Origin: Sphingomicrobium sp.
GTDB taxonomy: Bacteria > Pseudomonadota > Alphaproteobacteria > Sphingomonadales > Sphingomonadaceae
Direction of reading: 5' to 3'
Assembly (NCBI GenBank): GCA_039919075.1
Contig: JBDSGJ010000005.1
Location: forward strand, 46,927 to 110,926
DNA: 64,000 nt
The number at the start of each line of letters is the position of its first letter. Within the stretch, counting starts at the first letter, position 1. Position numbers and translations under genes: made by a program. Of the stretch, positions 63,444 to 64,000 are shown in pieces. The notes under the pieces are model-generated. The model searched no databases, was not told where the DNA came from, and saw only the letters and a program-made list of their open reading frames with translations.

Positions 63444-63485
63444 TGTGGTCACACTCGCTCGGTTCAGCAGCTATCACTATACCCC
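63444..63485 (-). repeat. Right terminal inverted repeat
   Basis: TGTGGTCAC-N19-TATCACTATACCCC, the reverse complement of the left-end architecture. Confidence 0.9.
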
Positions 63486-63500
63486 CCGGATCAAGTCCGG
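63486..63500 (+). repeat. Right target-site duplication CCGGATCAAGTCCGG
   Basis: Identical to 49666-49680. Confidence 0.9.
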
Positions 63501-63518
63501 GGTGACGAAGAGAGGTAG

Positions 63519-64000
63519 ATGAAACGCCCCTGTTTCAAGATCGAGCGCCAGTTCGCCGAACCGCTGGCCGGGGTCGACGAAGCGGGCTGCGCGCCGCTCG
63601 CCGGGCCCGTCGTGGCGGGGGCGGTTGTGCTCGACCGCGATCATTTTCCACGCGGGATCGATGACAGCAAGAAGCTCGATCTCGAAACGCGCGAGGCGAT
63701 CTTCGGGCGATTGCAGAAGGTCGCGCGGATCGGGGTCGGGATTGCCTCAGTGGAGGAGATCGACACGCTCAACATCTATTGGGCGCGAATGCTGGCGATG
63801 AAGCGCGCGGTGGAAGCGCTGGGATTCGAACCGGCCTTCGTGCTGGTCGACGGCAACCGCCTGCCGCGCTGGGAGCGGACCGAGGCCAAGGCGATCGTCA
63901 AGGGCGACACCAAGTGCCGTTCGATCGCCGCCGCCTCCATCGTTGCCAAGGTCACGCGCGATCGGATCATGCTTGAGCATAGCCGGACCTATCCGGGCTA
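63519..64000 (+). CDS. rnhB: Ribonuclease HII (partial, runs off the window end)
   Basis: Manual translation: AGVDEAG..PLAGPVVAGAV, DDSKKL, LVDGN, KGD....SIAAASIVAKVTRD. Confidence 0.95.
   Translation, partial: MKRPCFKIERQFAEPLAGVDEAGCAPLAGPVVAGAVVLDRDHFPRGIDDSKKLDLETREAIFGRLQKVARIGVGIASVEEIDTLNIYWARMLAMKRAVEALGFEPAFVLVDGNRLPRWERTEAKAIVKGDTKCRSIAAASIVAKVTRDRIMLEHSRTYPG

Larger units (their letters stand above)
49681..63485. mobile_element. Casposon-like element (Cas1 integrase plus family B polymerase), 13,805 bp
   Basis: 14-bp perfect TIRs, 15-bp flanking direct repeat, solo cas1, polB, HNH and HTH genes, visibly lower GC than the flanks. Confidence 0.92.

Noticed and set aside
49666-63500. 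The two CCGGATCAAGTCCGG copies as independent REP elements or prophage att sites
   Set aside because: Each directly abuts a TIR, and the left and right flanks rejoin into a single repeat. No tyrosine or serine integrase or phage structural genes are present.

Overview
High-GC alphaproteobacterial chromosome segment whose gene content and order look like Sphingomonadaceae. Bases 1-49600 are mostly core genes (yaaA, tRNA-CAT, SAM-I riboswitch with metX-metB, rpoD-dnaG, carA-carB-greA, eno-ftsB-pdhAB, trmFO, a c-di-GMP cluster, msrA, tsaC, glmM, thiD), and rnhB starts at 63519. The main discovery is an apparently complete 13,805-bp casposon-like element at 49681-63485. It encodes a stand-alone Cas1 (no cas2, no CRISPR array), a family B DNA polymerase, an HNH nuclease and an XRE regulator. 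It is bounded by perfect 14-bp terminal inverted repeats (GGGGTATAGTGATA) with a second 9-bp subterminal repeat, and is flanked by a 15-bp target-site duplication (CCGGATCAAGTCCGG). The duplicated target is the hairpin of a REP-like intergenic palindrome, not a tRNA. Cargo includes a signal-peptide RHS/YD polymorphic toxin with a candidate immunity gene and a restriction-endonuclease-like protein. Smaller observations include a palindromic element lying in frame inside carA, an eroded eutB remnant beside the tRNA, a ThiD-VOC fusion and a sigma54 promoter before an orphan pspC. All family assignments come from motif recognition by eye; no database searches were run.
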